This document shows, piece after piece, positions 13,301 to 28,300 of a stretch of DNA of 64,000 nt. The position numbers and the translations under genes are program-made. Position 1 is the stretch's first letter, and each line of letters begins with the position of its first letter. The stretch comes from Phoronis australis (lineage: Eukaryota > Animalia > Phoronida): assembly GCA_002633005.1 (NCBI GenBank), contig NMRA01000010.1:923252-987251 (forward strand). Reading direction: 5' to 3'. The notes under the pieces were generated by a model. That model worked only from the letters and a program-made list of their open reading frames with translations. It made no database searches and was not told the DNA's origin.

Positions 13301-16300
13301 ACGTCTGACGCATGAACCCCGTATGCAGCGTTTATTTACACATATCCACCTTTCTAATCACCAAGATCCTTCGTGAGCTATTGTTAAAGTTGGACTTTTC
13401 TTTTATGCGACAGGATTGTAACAGCAAAACAGTCGTTTTAGTAACGCAAAATTAACGAAGAAACACTTGTCGAACTTTGCCAGTCATCTTTATCTTCTGT
13501 TCGCTCGCTAGACCCACCCCTCACTCTTCTAAGATGGGTAGGCACATGTGGACAAAAGCTAAGATATTTTGGTTTACGTCGTGCATGTGCAAGTTGTAGG
13601 GTACGTGTTAAAACAACGTTATTGCAAAATATTCATTTTTATATTTAAAAAAATTGTGTCTACAGATTTCAAATATAATGTTATGAATCTCGCATGTATT
13701 GTTTGGTCATTTGTTGTTTCAACGCTTATAAGAACTGCAAGATATCGGGAAAAACTTTGACAGTTTTGTGCACCCGATTAGCGCGCATGCGTTGTGGGCT
13801 TTGCACCCGTTGTAAGAACCACATGTATGCAGTCACGTTAGATATAAATTTGTTTTTATTCACAGGACAGTCTATCGGTGGCTGGTGTGCTGACAAAAAC
13901 AGCACTGGGCCTCACTATATTGATGTTACTTTTGGCCAGTACGCCGGCATAAGCAGAATTACAATTACGCAGCCATCACACAACGGAGACAACAATAAAG
14001 CGACAGAATTAAAAGTATTCGTGCGAAATCTTGCTACCGGGGGTTTACACAGTCCTTTTGCCAAAGTAAGTAAATTGATATGCACTTTCCCTAAAAAGCT
14101 GTGTTCCAGTTCAGTGAAAACACATTCCCTCAAAAGGGTTTATGCCAGAATAGTTTATGTAATCTTGCCCTATGTTGTAGCAACATGCATACGCAATTGC
14201 ATATACTTATAGGTAAGAGTATCGTCAATATCCTTAACGATGTCTATAATCTGCAATTTCAGCTCTACTCTATCAACACAATGGTGACGACATCGAGGGC
14301 ACTAGTAACAAACATAGTTCGCATAGAAATCGTCAAGTTTACTGGCACACCTTGTCTACAACTGGAACTCTATGGATGTAACGATGCATCAGGTAAACAC
14401 GAGTAGAAACGCAACATCGGCTTCTTGGACACAATGATTAAGCTGTGCCGAATTCTTATAAACTGAAAATGTAGACCCCGTTAAAAAGTCCAAAACGGCT
14501 GAGTACTCGATGTTAAAATAAATCAATATGGCTAAATCCAATATGTTTCAACAACAAGCCAGGAAGGAAATGTTAGGATAACAAAACTTCACGAGAAATG
14601 ACAAGCTTCATCAGAAACTAACGTGTACTACTTCCTTTTAGTTTTATGCAGCGGACAGCCTTGCCAAAACGGAGGGATATGCCACGCAGAAAACAAGTGC
14701 ACTTGCTCTTCAAAATTTACCGGAAACAGTTGCGAGAGGAAAGTAGGTGAGTTGGTCGTTAACCATTTAAATGAGTAAGACATTTTTTCACTCCAGTCGC
14801 TTTCCGGGCATTCAAAATACTCTTGAAAAAATGTATAAATAATTTCAAGAAACTAAAAACTGAGATGAATCCGTAAGTTCAAGAACCGCTTCCCCAGACA
14901 TTTTTGGAAACATTTGTAGATTCAATTTATCAGCTACAAATGTGTAGTCTCCATTTAAACATTGTTACAAAAATCAACATCCCAATGTAAATGGTGTTGA
15001 CATAAGTTTGACAGGATTTCATAATCAATTCATATTTTTTAAAATATTCGTTATTTCTGTATTTTTCAGGGTTTTGTAGTACTCCCATTGGCATGGAATC
15101 TGGGGCCGTGAAAACAAGTCAGTTCAGTGCATCATCCACCGCCGTGGATAGTAAATTGGAATACGCCAGATATAACAAATACAGCGGTAAGCTAACCTTT
15201 CGTTCACGTGAAATATACCCACCTAGGACAATCCGTTATAGAACAGGCGTTCGTTCAGTAACGCTAGGACCTGCGTTAGGACCTTGCTAAATCTAGTCAA
15301 AGTCACGTGTTGTCATTTAAAATTCACGGCGATGTCTCACGTGATCTCGCGAGGCTCTAGCGTTACTGAACTGGAAGCAGCTTGCTAAGGATGTGACGCC
15401 GATCCCTGGTATAATTTGTTGTTTCAGATATCATTTATGGTGGGTGTGTGGTACTTCATGCATCGTCCTGGCTCAGTCTACAATATCGATGGTGTAGTTT
15501 CGGGTGTGGATACTAATAAGTGGCGACGGAGAAGGGGGAACGTCAAGGGAGGGGGACGCGTGTTCTGTGCAAAGTATAAACATTTTCAGTAGTAATTTTC
15601 AGGTACTGTTATAGTTTTTGCTTTTGATGATGCAGTTACGCATACTGTTATTACGTAGGGGAAAACTGTCCAAGTAAACAACCGCGGGTATGCGTGGTGA
15701 CTAGTCACGGAGGAGGGTTATCCCCTTTCTCGGAATTAAGGTGAAAAACAGCAACTGGGACAGTTGAAAATCAGCTGTGCCTTCATCAACATTAAATGGC
15801 CGATGACTGTGGACACGTTTTGATATACTATGCTCAGCAACATAATTCAATTTCACACTTTCAGCTGGCTGGTGCCCGCAACAGAATCGCGCGGGCGAAT
15901 GGTTCCAAGTCGACTTCAACGACACGTTTGTTTTAAACGGAATCTCGATGTCGCACCCAGTTCTCGGGATCAGTGGTTCATCCTTCTATCTGAAGACGTA
16001 TATTATCAGCTACAAGTTTCCCGGAACTGATGTGTGGACTACCCTGACATTTGGTGAAGATCACAAACAAGTACGTCAATCAAACTAGTATTGTTGGGAA
16101 ACTTTCGAAATCTTGCTGAACAAAGAACTGTGACTTACAATGTTCACTTTATGATGCGAGTTTAACAACCAAGGAATTTAAATTAATCCGAGATTGTCAC
16201 GAGTTGAGGCCTACTTGTATTTAGCGCTCAGTGAAAACGTCATCGTGTCATTTGCCCAACATCTCGGGTTAACATAGCCTGTCAGTATCTTGTAGATCTT

Positions 16301-19300
16301 TGCTTCATGTCACGGTGTAATTTACAAAAAATAAAACAAACAAACATACACTCGTATTCTGAAAAACTGTGCTGTTCTAGGAGGTACCTGCATTGACAAA
16401 GGACGGAGGTTACACGGCTACGTTCAAACCTGTCGTAGCAGTTCGTTCAGTTCGCATCACGGTGAAAGACTTCGAGAGGAGGCCGTGTTTTCAGTTTGAA
16501 ATTCTCGGCTGTTCGTCAACAGGTAACCATTGAAACAGTCACAAAACCCCGGACTGGTTCGATACGGTGTATCACTCGCAAGTTGTTTAAACAACAAAAC
16601 TCTGAGCACTTTAAGGGTTCACGTACCGATTAGATCAATCCCGTGGGTTGCAATCCACATGGAGCCCTGCATGGTCACTGATCATGTGTGCATTACACTT
16701 GAATCAGCTCCCTAGCCAGCTCATGTAGAACGGTATGGTACTATTATTCCATATGAAATACTAATCTGAGGGCAACAGAACCATTGATGGGAAAATGTAC
16801 TGTTTTTTTTTGTCGCCGTTTGAAACTCGCTGCACCATTTCCGCTTTCGAGCACTGCACTATAGACATTGCGCAATTGCAATGATTGTTTTTACGTTTCT
16901 TCTGGAAATAAATCAAACTGGTGACAGTGCTTAGCTTGGTAGACCATTTTAGTGCCGTCCACAGACTTATCCTAGAACAAGTTACTCCCAGAACGAGTTG
17001 AGTTAAGATTTGAGAAAGGCAGATTCGTGATGAAAAAAGTGCGAAGTATAAAGGCTAAGATACTAAGATGGTAAATAAATGCTATCCTGCCCGAAAGCTC
17101 TGTTTAAGTATTTCGGTATGACACTAGTAGCATTATGATTGGATGTGTAAAGAAAACGACCTAAAACTACGGTAGGCACGGACACGATGAAGGGCTCTCA
17201 CGAAGCACAAAAATATATGGTGTACTGAAATGGACATCTAAAATTACGCGAACTAACAATAACACAACAAGTTTTACCAAACTTCCCAACCATTTCAATT
17301 TTTGTATAACCCCAAGTTCATGACAGGTATACCCTTTTAATGACTTAAGGTCAGGCTACGATTGAACACGTGCTCATGCAGCAACTTGAAATTAAGTTGC
17401 CACTCAAGCCCTGCAGACAAGTGTGCATTATGGGCTTGTTTTCTTAGGCGCAAGACACCGGCTCAAGATACATGTAAGTTAGTGACTATCACGTGCTTCA
17501 CTTGTACTGATTTACGATACAAGTTTCTTTGAAGACTTGAGACTGGTCGCACTTTTCTCAGAAGAACCTTGCTCTACGAAAGGCTGCAAAAATAGACCCT
17601 TCATTTTTAGCCTACGCACACTGAAGACCTCTATTCTGATGAAATCCTACCTGTCTGTCCTTTTTCTGTGATAAAATATCTGGTAAGAAATACAAGTGTA
17701 GTATTTCTTTCTGGGAATGATATAAGAGATGTCCTTTGAGTTTGAAACGAGCCTAATGTCGGCATCTATTTTAGTATTGGCAGTAAGTTGGGTATCAGTG
17801 CTGTTATCGATCACTTTTGTCTTACAGCGTTGCAGAACTTGTGCCCAACCGGCTATTGCTTCAACGGTGGCGTATGTGCAGGAACAAACACGTGTAAATG
17901 TGAAAGCGCATTCGTGGGTTCGAGATGTCAGTATGCAGGTAAGTCTAGAATTCGAGGTATTACAACTTTTGTTTAGCCATGAAACATGCTCTTTTTGAAG
18001 TGACGGGTACAAAGTCTTCTTAGGTTAACTGAGAGGGGTCTGCGGGTCTCAGAAACCAAATATATCCAGATAAATCTAGTTCTCTCTTATAAAACAATAC
18101 GCCCACGCGTGCAAATCAATGAGGGAAACTTGACAGCCTGGGTATATTCGAATTTCCTTGTGCAACCTCTAGTCAAATGCGGAAAAATTAACATCCTCAC
18201 AACAGGACTCAGCATGGTGCGTGGTTGTGTTGAGAAGTAACAGGAAGTACATACCAAGGTTGTTAAACGGATATTTTATTGTCTTTTCAGTGCGTCCAGT
18301 TCGCCTATATTTCATAGAAATTTATATTGAGAAATCCATCAGATACGTGCGGACACAAAGCACGCGGATAATCTGCATAGGACTACCAACGATTGTGGCC
18401 GGAAGTACGCCACAAAAGAAAGCTATTTCCCTGAATGGCATCGACTCGGCTCTCAACCTCGGAGACAAAAAGAACGACTGCTTGGGAGACTACACAAAAT
18501 GCGCAAACGGTCTAACCATAACTATGTCAGTAAAGGTTGTTCAGAAAACATCCAAAGTCGTCATTCTCTCTCGGACTGATAATGGACTTTCTCTGACCTA
18601 CGAAAACGACAAATTTGTAGCTAAAGTAACCTACAACAAAACGGTAACAACCATAAGAACTGAGACGTACACTATCGATGTATCGAAATGGTACAAAATC
18701 GATTTCTCCTGGAGTGTTCAGAAAGGTTTGCACCTCTACGTGAATAACGAGAAGTTGAAAGTAACCACAACTGCGGTCCCAGGAGCCACGATCACCACAA
18801 CTACTGTGGAAGTAAAGATCGGTACAGCTACAAATATCTTTTCCAAACTGGTCATCCAAGACATCGAGATTCTAAAAACTGCGCGAGAGATCCTCATTGA
18901 CAACGGCTTTGGAAGTGAGTTGTATTGTTGTCACGTGGCACTGGGCTTTACATTATCGTGTAGCGTGTTACTGCACACATCTGCTTCATCCTAATTCGAT
19001 TCATCTCAAAATGCTTTTCGCTGCTTTTTCATTCAATGTCACGAAGCCTTCATTTTATTTCTGCACCATGACGCATTATGTTCACTAAATCTATTCATGT
19101 TGTTTTTCCCTTAACAAGCTTAAGCCGGGGGCTCGACACACTTTCCAAAAGTCGTGAGACAATCGTTGTTTTACGACATTGACTAATTTATAAAACATTT
19201 GAATCTTATCTTTCATTTTATCATTTTTGAAATGCATTTAATTTGCCATAAAACAATTGCACGCGACATCATATTTCTCAAATGACGTCATACCGAAAAA

Positions 19301-22300
19301 TAGGCAAACCCACTTAAATCAGACATCATACACCTGAACTTATTTATGTGAAATGCCTGGTATTCGATTATTTACACCAACTTGTCTTAGTTCGTAATCT
19401 CATCAACATAATATGAAATGCTGAGGGGGTATCGTGAACTTAAAATTGGTGTGATTTTGAAAAGGTTAAAGTAAGCACTCTGACTCGGCGATTTCTAATT
19501 TCATCGAAAACATGATGGACGTCAAAATTAAAAACAAAGAAAAATAGCGATTCACTGTTTGGGTAGGAGCCAAAAAGTAAGCTAGAAACTGAGGTACTCA
19601 AAAGCAGAAAAAATGACTTGTAAGGTCTTAGTAAACCGGGATTTAAGAATTGAAGACTATGAAACACAAATCGATTCAATGCAATGCAATGACTTCAAAA
19701 GGGTTTTTATGATTCATTGAATAAGTGTTGGATATGATTTTCAGTTTCTCATGTAAATTTTACATCATTCCAAGCATGCCTCTGTTCAGGCGACTGTAAC
19801 CAAAAAACTTATTTGGTGACCCCCATTTGAGCAAAACCAAGGTATAAAAATCCAAAAGACGTAAAGATGAAAACAGGGTTGACGTCCTTAACTGTGTTAA
19901 ATTATCCTCTAGGAAGTGTGCAAGTAGCTCTTACTAGAACTGCTTTCTTTATTTCTCTCTTATCACATGGTAACCTTTCTGGTGTTGGTTATTTCGCTTT
20001 CTCACTTTCACAAACGCTTTCATTATCTTAGGCAAACTTATTGGTACTACAAGCACGCTTATGCCGACAACCACTTCTTCAACAATAAAACCAACAGCTA
20101 GTCAAAAAGTTCCAACTATGGAGCCTGTAACCGCCCTAGTGACTCATCAACAGATGGACACGTCTACCATGTCCGCCTCAATAGCGACGGAGCAAACAGT
20201 AACGAGTGAGCGTACTTCTAGTGAGACGACGATGAACAATTCACCAACTGTCTCCTCACCGTCTCCAAAGGTTACGGAACCGTTCGAAGGAACGTCCTCT
20301 AAAACGATAAGGATGGAGAGAAACACCTCTTTAACAACCACATTTGAGAACTCTACATTGCTCACAAATACTCCCTCTTCAAGTGGGCCACAACTAACTA
20401 CTACTGTGTTAAGTTCAGCTGAAATGACAACTTATTCCACCACAGCCGAACGGAATGCGTCTACAACGTCTACGACCCCAACGACGTCAGACACCGGTCA
20501 GTGATGCTGTGCCCATTTCCTTGATAAAATCCCCGGATATATTGGTTTTAGCTATGCCATCCTTAGAACTTTAAGCTTGCGTTTAACATATGTTCTACTA
20601 AAGATGGTAGTTATATTTATGCATATGTCTGCATTTTTATCACAAAAGGCTCACTAAACCAATCAGTGCGAGTGTTTCACGCTCTTTCACGGCCCGTATT
20701 TTGAGAACCAGTTGATGTCCGTTATTCAGTGGAGAAATCTGTTTCTCAAAATTCTGAAAGGTAATATCCGACCAATACCCTCTTTCACACAAGCGCAATT
20801 CCCTTTAGATTCACATACAGCTTATGGAATCATTGAGAACTTCTTTAAAGTGCAGATACCGTGCCTTTAATTTCACTGATGGAAAATTAATGCATAACAT
20901 TTCTGCCTCGTAACATTCCAAGTTTTATTTTGTAGGCTATTTGACAACCACGCCTCTGCCCTCCACCACTGTTACGTCGGCGGTACAGACAACCCCAATA
21001 CCAAAAACGACGCCGAGGCCACTGCAGTTCAACATTTTTGACCTTACTTTTATCAAAATTGTCAGAAACATTCTAATTACAAAGTCACTAAACCTCACGC
21101 TCACTGGCAATCCATTTATTTGGTGGGAAAGAATAAGGCATCCTATCGAACTTAATGGTGTCAACTCCAGCGTTGTTATTCCAAATGTCAAAAACACTTG
21201 CATTGGAAACTTTGCAAAATGCGATAATGGAATTACTATTACATTCAGTGTAAGATTCTTGACCCTTGTTGAGAACGTCTACATCGTCAATAGTCCCTCG
21301 CTGGTTGTGAGGTATAATGATAACAAACTACACTTTATCGCGCGAACCGAAACACACGAATGGAAGTTTTCAATGAATCTTACACCTCTTGTTCAAACTT
21401 GGTATAACATTGAGTTGTCTTGGAGGCAAGAAATAGGGCTCGAGATCTACATAGATAAAAATTTGATTCACCATGTGGTAACTTCTACAAAGAAAACACG
21501 TGTTCCTGGTGGTACCGTCGACTTTGTTTTTGGTGGACCGGACGCTAAAGATTCTACGTCTAAGTACGGACACATTCGAATTGCCAAGGTGAAGATCTAT
21601 GAAATGACAAGATCTGTTTTGGTTGTCATGGGTTACATAACAAGTAAGCATGATTTCTTTGTATAAATTAAATGCGAATTCTTGCCTGGGTTTTCTACAG
21701 TGTAGTGCATTTCGATATGAACATTTTCAAAGCTCAGGGAAGGCTGCCTCTTACAAAACACTCCGAGGAAAAGAACCCATGAAGTGGGAAGACATAAGCT
21801 TCCTTCTATGGATGATCGCTCCCCTAAGTAAACTGCATGCGTCAGTTTGAATTGAATGCCTGCGTTCTTTCCAAAGGACTTCAGAGTATTTTTCTACACG
21901 ATTTTGAGGGCTCCGTTTTTGGGCCATCCCGTACGTATTGACCTGAGTGGCTTCTTTGATGGGTTATGTAATAGACGAAATACTTGAGAAAAAATTGAAT
22001 TTTGCATAACGATTTGTGATCATTTATAGCCTTGAAGCTCAAAAACTCTTGTGGTGTTGCAAGACTTCCACGTATCCGTAAACAAGGGCTGGGAACAACA
22101 TTTAACAACGACTTAAAGATGTATTTCAGTTGCGTCATCTGATATTTCAGGTAAGGAGCCTGCTATCAGCGTTATAAACTTATCATTTGAACAAATCACC
22201 AATTACACAATAGACGTTTCCCCAAGCAAGAAAGGTTTCATCAGAGGTCAACCGTCTGTCGTGAATGGACCAGTTGGAAAAGCCATCCGTCTTGTTACTA

Positions 22301-25300
22301 ACAACCAGTATGTGGACATCGGCAGTTGGGAAAACTACTGCTTGGGAAACCTGACGAAGTGTGAAAGCGGCATAACTATCGAGGTGACAGTCAAATTTGA
22401 AAAGTTACAAGAAAACATGTTCATCATCTCTGGAGGTGGGCAAGACCCGAAGTCAGATGGCGTCGCAATCTTTTACCGCTACGGTCGCATAATGGCAGCG
22501 TTTACGACAGAACAAAAGGAGTGGTACGTGTCGTCAGATCGCCCTGAGTTGAACAAATGGTACACGTATTATGTCACGTGGTCGCAGGACAGTGGATTGT
22601 ACATGTGGGTAGACAAGGAATTGTGTGCGGCGTGTAAAGAGGTGAAAGGATACTTACGAAACCCGGTCACCAGTCCACAACTGTTTTTTGACGCGACGGC
22701 AGTACAAGTTAACCACGTTCTCATTGGCCGTGAGAACACGCCAGTGTATAACCTCAACGTTGGAGTAATGGTGGTCGATGAGGTGAAGGTCAAGTTTGAA
22801 GAAACGAAACTTATAATTCCCACAGGTAAATTGCTGAGAAAAAACCAAAAACAGTGCATCGACGTGCAAAAATCTGGGTACCGTTTTATCAAAGGTCGTT
22901 AGTTCTGTTAACGATGGTAGGCACGTTGCTACAACGCGAGGTTTTCTAAAAGTGAAGGGTTGCGACTACCTTGAAGTTGATAATTTCGACAGCTTTCCTT
23001 TAATGGAAACACATGTTAAAAACATCACACAGGCAATGTTTGCGTGCATGCGCTATTTTAGAATTCACAATTTTGGGGTTTGCTAACGAATCCCAAACAA
23101 ACTCTTAAGCGTTTTTTTGAGTCGCTGATGGTATGGCATTCTTGCTGGTTATCAAGGAATGTTATGGAACTGATTGTGTGAGAGCATAGGGCACGTTTTT
23201 CGTATTTTAGGCAACGGAATATGGTAAATGGAACTTTAACCTCAGTAAACTATACCTGGTCACAATGGTGTTCTACGGAAGATATATACTTCCAACGGTG
23301 AATGTCAGTAACAGTAAAACTGTAGTTCCCTGTTTACTGTTGATGCGACATGGCGCGAAAAAATCTAATTCGCGTACCATTTGACCTTCCGTTTATTAAG
23401 TGTTTAAATCGCGTTCAGTCGTGTTGCTAGCACAGACATGCGGGATACGAAGCATTCGTCCAAGGAAGACTTAAAGTACTGCCTTCATGAGCACGTCAAC
23501 GAGCTTTGAACTAAAATCAAAGATACGACCGTCGTATCTGAGAACCAGTTTACGACTTTTGATAAAACAGGACCCCATAGTCGAACATTCGTGGTCACAA
23601 TGAATTTATGATATTTTTTTATTGAAACCAGTGGTAGATACAACTCGAGAAACATTAATTGTCAGCATTTTTCAAATCCAGATAGTTTAATCGTAAGCTG
23701 CTGCAAACTCATTGCACGTGACTGTAAATGATCCTATATACTCAAATGGGAAAGTCTCACTTCTTTTAGTAATTAAGTAATTTGGAATTGTGTACCGTGC
23801 ATTGAATCAAAGATGGTATGTTCTCGCTGTTGCAACAGTTGCACCGACTACTACGACACCGAAGACAGTTCCAACGACGACGCCCACGACAACAAAACCG
23901 ACCACAACGCCACGACCGACAACAACACCGACCACAACGCCACGATCGACAACAACTCCAACAACGACACCCGTGATGACGACAATGTTCTCTTGTCCGG
24001 CGGGCTGCGTCGGTAAGCTGGTTTACGTCTGTTAAAAAGTCACGTGGTTATGCAATCGTAACAACGAGTAGGAAAAATATACTCTCTTAAAATTTCTTTG
24101 TGAACGGACTATAGTGAATTCAATATTTTGTAACTTTTGTTTGAAATCAGTGTCGGAATAAAATGTGTTTCCATCTTTTGAACCTCTCACATACATTTCA
24201 AAGATTGTACGTGTTTTCTGTGTTGTTGATAGCAAGTGTGTTTGTTTCTTCCCCGTGCGAGGAGATAGACTGTAAGAAGTTTTAAATTCATTTGATATTT
24301 TAATGCTGGAAGATAAGTTTCAAAGCAAAATTATTATTGTATGGATTTGCTAATCAATATTGTAGACATAAAAACGATGAAGGGTCCTGAGCTAACCAGA
24401 AATCCCGTCCTGGTTGCGGGAAAGAACGGCAAAGGAGATTTCGTTCTCACGTGCAGCATGCCCACCAACCTGGACCAAGATGTGTCATTGACAGTTAGAT
24501 GGTACATTGGTAGTAAAGTCGTATCGAAGACTGTACTTCAACCTGGGAGAACCAGCCATCAACTTGATCTTAGAACAATCAGGAACGCGCCAGTGGGCTA
24601 CAGTGTGAGTGTAATCAATAAATGTCGCCTTGAGGAAGACATACATAGTTGACTAACACCGCCATGGCTTTGTTTTAGGGATGTCATGCGAGGCAACAGA
24701 TTAATAATAATTGTGGAAAAAGCCTATGCCGATGAAAAGTTCGCTTTGTAAAATTGGTTAAAACTACAAGTAGGCTTTGTGCACTGATGCTAGGGTGAAG
24801 AAATGTTCGCGTGATGCTCACCAGATGTCACGCTGTACTTCCAGTTCCAATGCGAGATGTTTGCCGAGTACTCAAAGTCAGGGTGTGGCAGCAATCCCAG
24901 CCGACCTCGCAAGAGTAATGTATTCAACATTAAGGTGGAGGTGTGTATGTTTAATGTGTTTTGTCCTGCTTAAAATATGTCAAGGGAAATCCTGTTTGCC
25001 TATGCCAAGCTTTTAGTTACGGTGCGATCGGCCGATGCGATTGAACACGGAGTTGCTGTTAACGAACTGCGCATGTGCGCATGCCTGTTGCGGCGGAGCA
25101 CTTTTTTACATAAAGATATACATTGAAGAAATCGCCCGAAAGACGACGGAAGCACTAAATACCGAATTATTGCTACGCACCCAAACTTAAATAGTGGAAC
25201 ATTGTACTTCGCTTTCATATTTATACTACACTGTAGTAAAAGTTAATACTATCTGGATGCAATCACTTCAAATCATTTAATCCGAAATTTCGGCCAACAG

Positions 25301-28300
25301 TTTTGTTCAGGTTTTAAAAAAACTTGCCATGTGCTTGACTTACTTTAACACTGACTGCAACAATGTACTACCAAAGTTTCAGTTTTGGTAACTCCACTTT
25401 AGTCCGTGCTGGGTATCAATAGGTGGCGCAAATTGTAGCCAAGGGTACATTCCTTGTACATATAAACAAAAACTGTATCAATCATACTAAGATGGAAAAT
25501 CCTGGGCAGCGGAGGGAGTAGCCCGGTGGGAGAAGAAAGTTTAGATGAGCGGCGTTTGTGAGGTGGAACCATTGTGGCGATCGGTGGGCTTATTCAGGTA
25601 CCAAAACTCATAGACTTGTTGTAAGTTTGGTCCCGAATTCATCTTTGTTCTAGGTACGGACTAACAATCTTGTTGTTATCGAAGGCGAGAAGCCAGAATT
25701 CATCACTATTCGGATTAACGTACCACGATACGTGCTTTGCCTCGGCCAGCCGAGAAACTGCAAGATTACCATCACCACTGACGTGCAGATCGACAGACGA
25801 GATTACAGATGCGCGGATCGCAGAACATACATTCCTCAAGCTGTCATTGGTTGGACAAATGGACCGTGTGGTATCGAAGTAACAGACGACAACTACAACA
25901 AGGATTTGAGAATTCCCATCAAGGCAATACTGGACGGCAAGTTTCACGGAGACTTGACCCGAACAATAAAGATTACCGTGCAAAACACCGCTACGAAAAA
26001 ACGAATTCAGCGTCTAATTGTTGGGACAGAAACAGTAAAGGTAAATATTTTGGCAATTCAAATGCTTTGGAGACAAATGAAAAGATAACTCAATATTAAA
26101 TTGTTAATTTCATAAAAAATGCTACTAAACGTTGTCAGAAATTGCGTTTCCCTCATAAAATGAATTTTAATTTTGACCACTCAATTATTCCCAACTCAAA
26201 TTGGAGGTGACGTCATGGTTTGAAGAGGGCGAACATTTCGTAATTACATGTACTTGAGATCAGTCTCAACACGACTTGTCATAGTGGGTCATTTCATGCT
26301 CTTAGCATGATCTCAAGCGATTACAAGCTGCCAGACCTGTTAAATACTATCAACCTCTTCTGAGAGTCTGGAACAAGTCGAGACCATGTTTATTTAGTGA
26401 TATCAATAATAGTTTTAATACGAGGTCGAGATAAAGATTGTTTCTTTGCTTAAACGCGGGTTTGTAACATTGCCCGAATTAATGAAAGCATCACGAGTTG
26501 CCGAGTCTCGCATAAAACGTCATCATTTCGTTTAATAGGTTAGAGTTGTGAACAAGGACAGAAGAGCATCGGTGTGTAAATCAATCAACGACCCTCATAT
26601 CACCACATTTGACGGAAGGTAAACTCGCTATACTTAAATTGCGACCAGTTTTTCGTCGATAATCGTCTTGCACTTTTGAACTGACTGTCGATCTTGCATT
26701 TCAAGTAAAATAGTATTCGTCGGACGTGATTCATGATAGTAATTGTCGTTGAAACAACTCAATACCGTCCATGATCACATCATATTGGCAATTAAAATGA
26801 TAACTATATCGTTAGCCCACAACAAATAGGTCTACTTCGGAACATGCGTGAAGGTAAAATGTTTTTCAGAAATTGCGTCACATGGGGCTTTGAACCAAGT
26901 ACACGATAAGCCTACTAAAACTTGTAGCATCCGGAAGCGGTCATTGAATAGCAGTTGCCTGTAAAACACGTGCCGAAACACGGACACGCCGTTATGAATT
27001 TGGTCTTATCATGTTTCTTATTTGATGAAGAAGTGTTCTTAAGAATAGAATAGAACTGGCAGTGTGACCTCAGTGAAACATCAAGAGCTTGTTATCAAAC
27101 AACATCAAACTGCCAGTTCTTTAGAAGCCCTGAAATCACCTCTAACTTGAATGGAGAACACTTTGAGACCAATGTCGGTAAGTGGCCTGAAATAAAACCT
27201 TTTTGGCAGAAAACACGGATTCAATGCCGCTTAACGGCTCATCTTAGGGCCATCCTCTTAGGCATGGCGAATTATGGGAAATTACTCTATTTTGTCGCGT
27301 GCTGACTGTAATTTACGTTCCTTCAATCAATGATCCATGTTTCGCTAGTACCAGCGGTAGAAGTAGGATGGATTACAGGTATGTAGGCCTATCTAAAGCG
27401 GATAACAGGTTGTGTTACGTACACGGGCGGGCCTTGAGTGTTTTCAGTGACCTGACCTTTAAGGATTGAGGAGCGAAACATAACCTCAATCGGTAACGGG
27501 CAGGTCAATGAAAACACCACCAAAGTCCCGCCAGTGTACGCAACACCTGAAACGAAGGTATGCAACCGACACAACCTTCTCATTAAACACAGTGGAGTGC
27601 CAAGGAGAGTACGTTTCAGCGCGGAAAAATGTGCTTATGCAAGGCACGGAATTGGTTGTTTAATGCGTACGTAGAATCTGTAAGTCAACTAAGACTATAA
27701 GCATGCTATGGTGCGCTTTGTGCGTACCTATGATCAGTTGGCCTACGCGTACCTGTTTCAGTACGCGTGCTGAAGCAAGACACGCATAAAGACCAGTGCT
27801 ACAGGTACGTGTACCGGAATAGTTCTTCGCCGAATGACCATTACTGCCCACCCTCGTTCGATTTTCAGTGAACGGAAATGGACTTAACTTCGTATCCATT
27901 GAGCATGGTTCAGTGCCTGTTGAACAAACAATTGTGCGCCTTGAATAAACATATACAGGCATACACCAGTGCACTGGCAAATCCACCAAATATTAACTAG
28001 AGAGGGTAACCTGGGCTTGAACGAAGAGTTCATTACAAGACTTTCTTTGAGGAAATTTGAGCTATATCAAGTTTCAAATACGAGAAGTTTTTTATAATGT
28101 TTTCGCTATACACACTTTAAATACTATTTCACCCATTAGAAAGTTTTATTTAATATCACAGTACATCCGCTATAATTTAGGAATACGGTAAGGTAGAGCA
28201 AGATGTCAAACTACATGTTTGTATTATTAACCATGGTTAAAGCTTACATCAATATACTTTCAGGCGATATGACAACTTCTACGAGGGTGAATTCGTCTTG

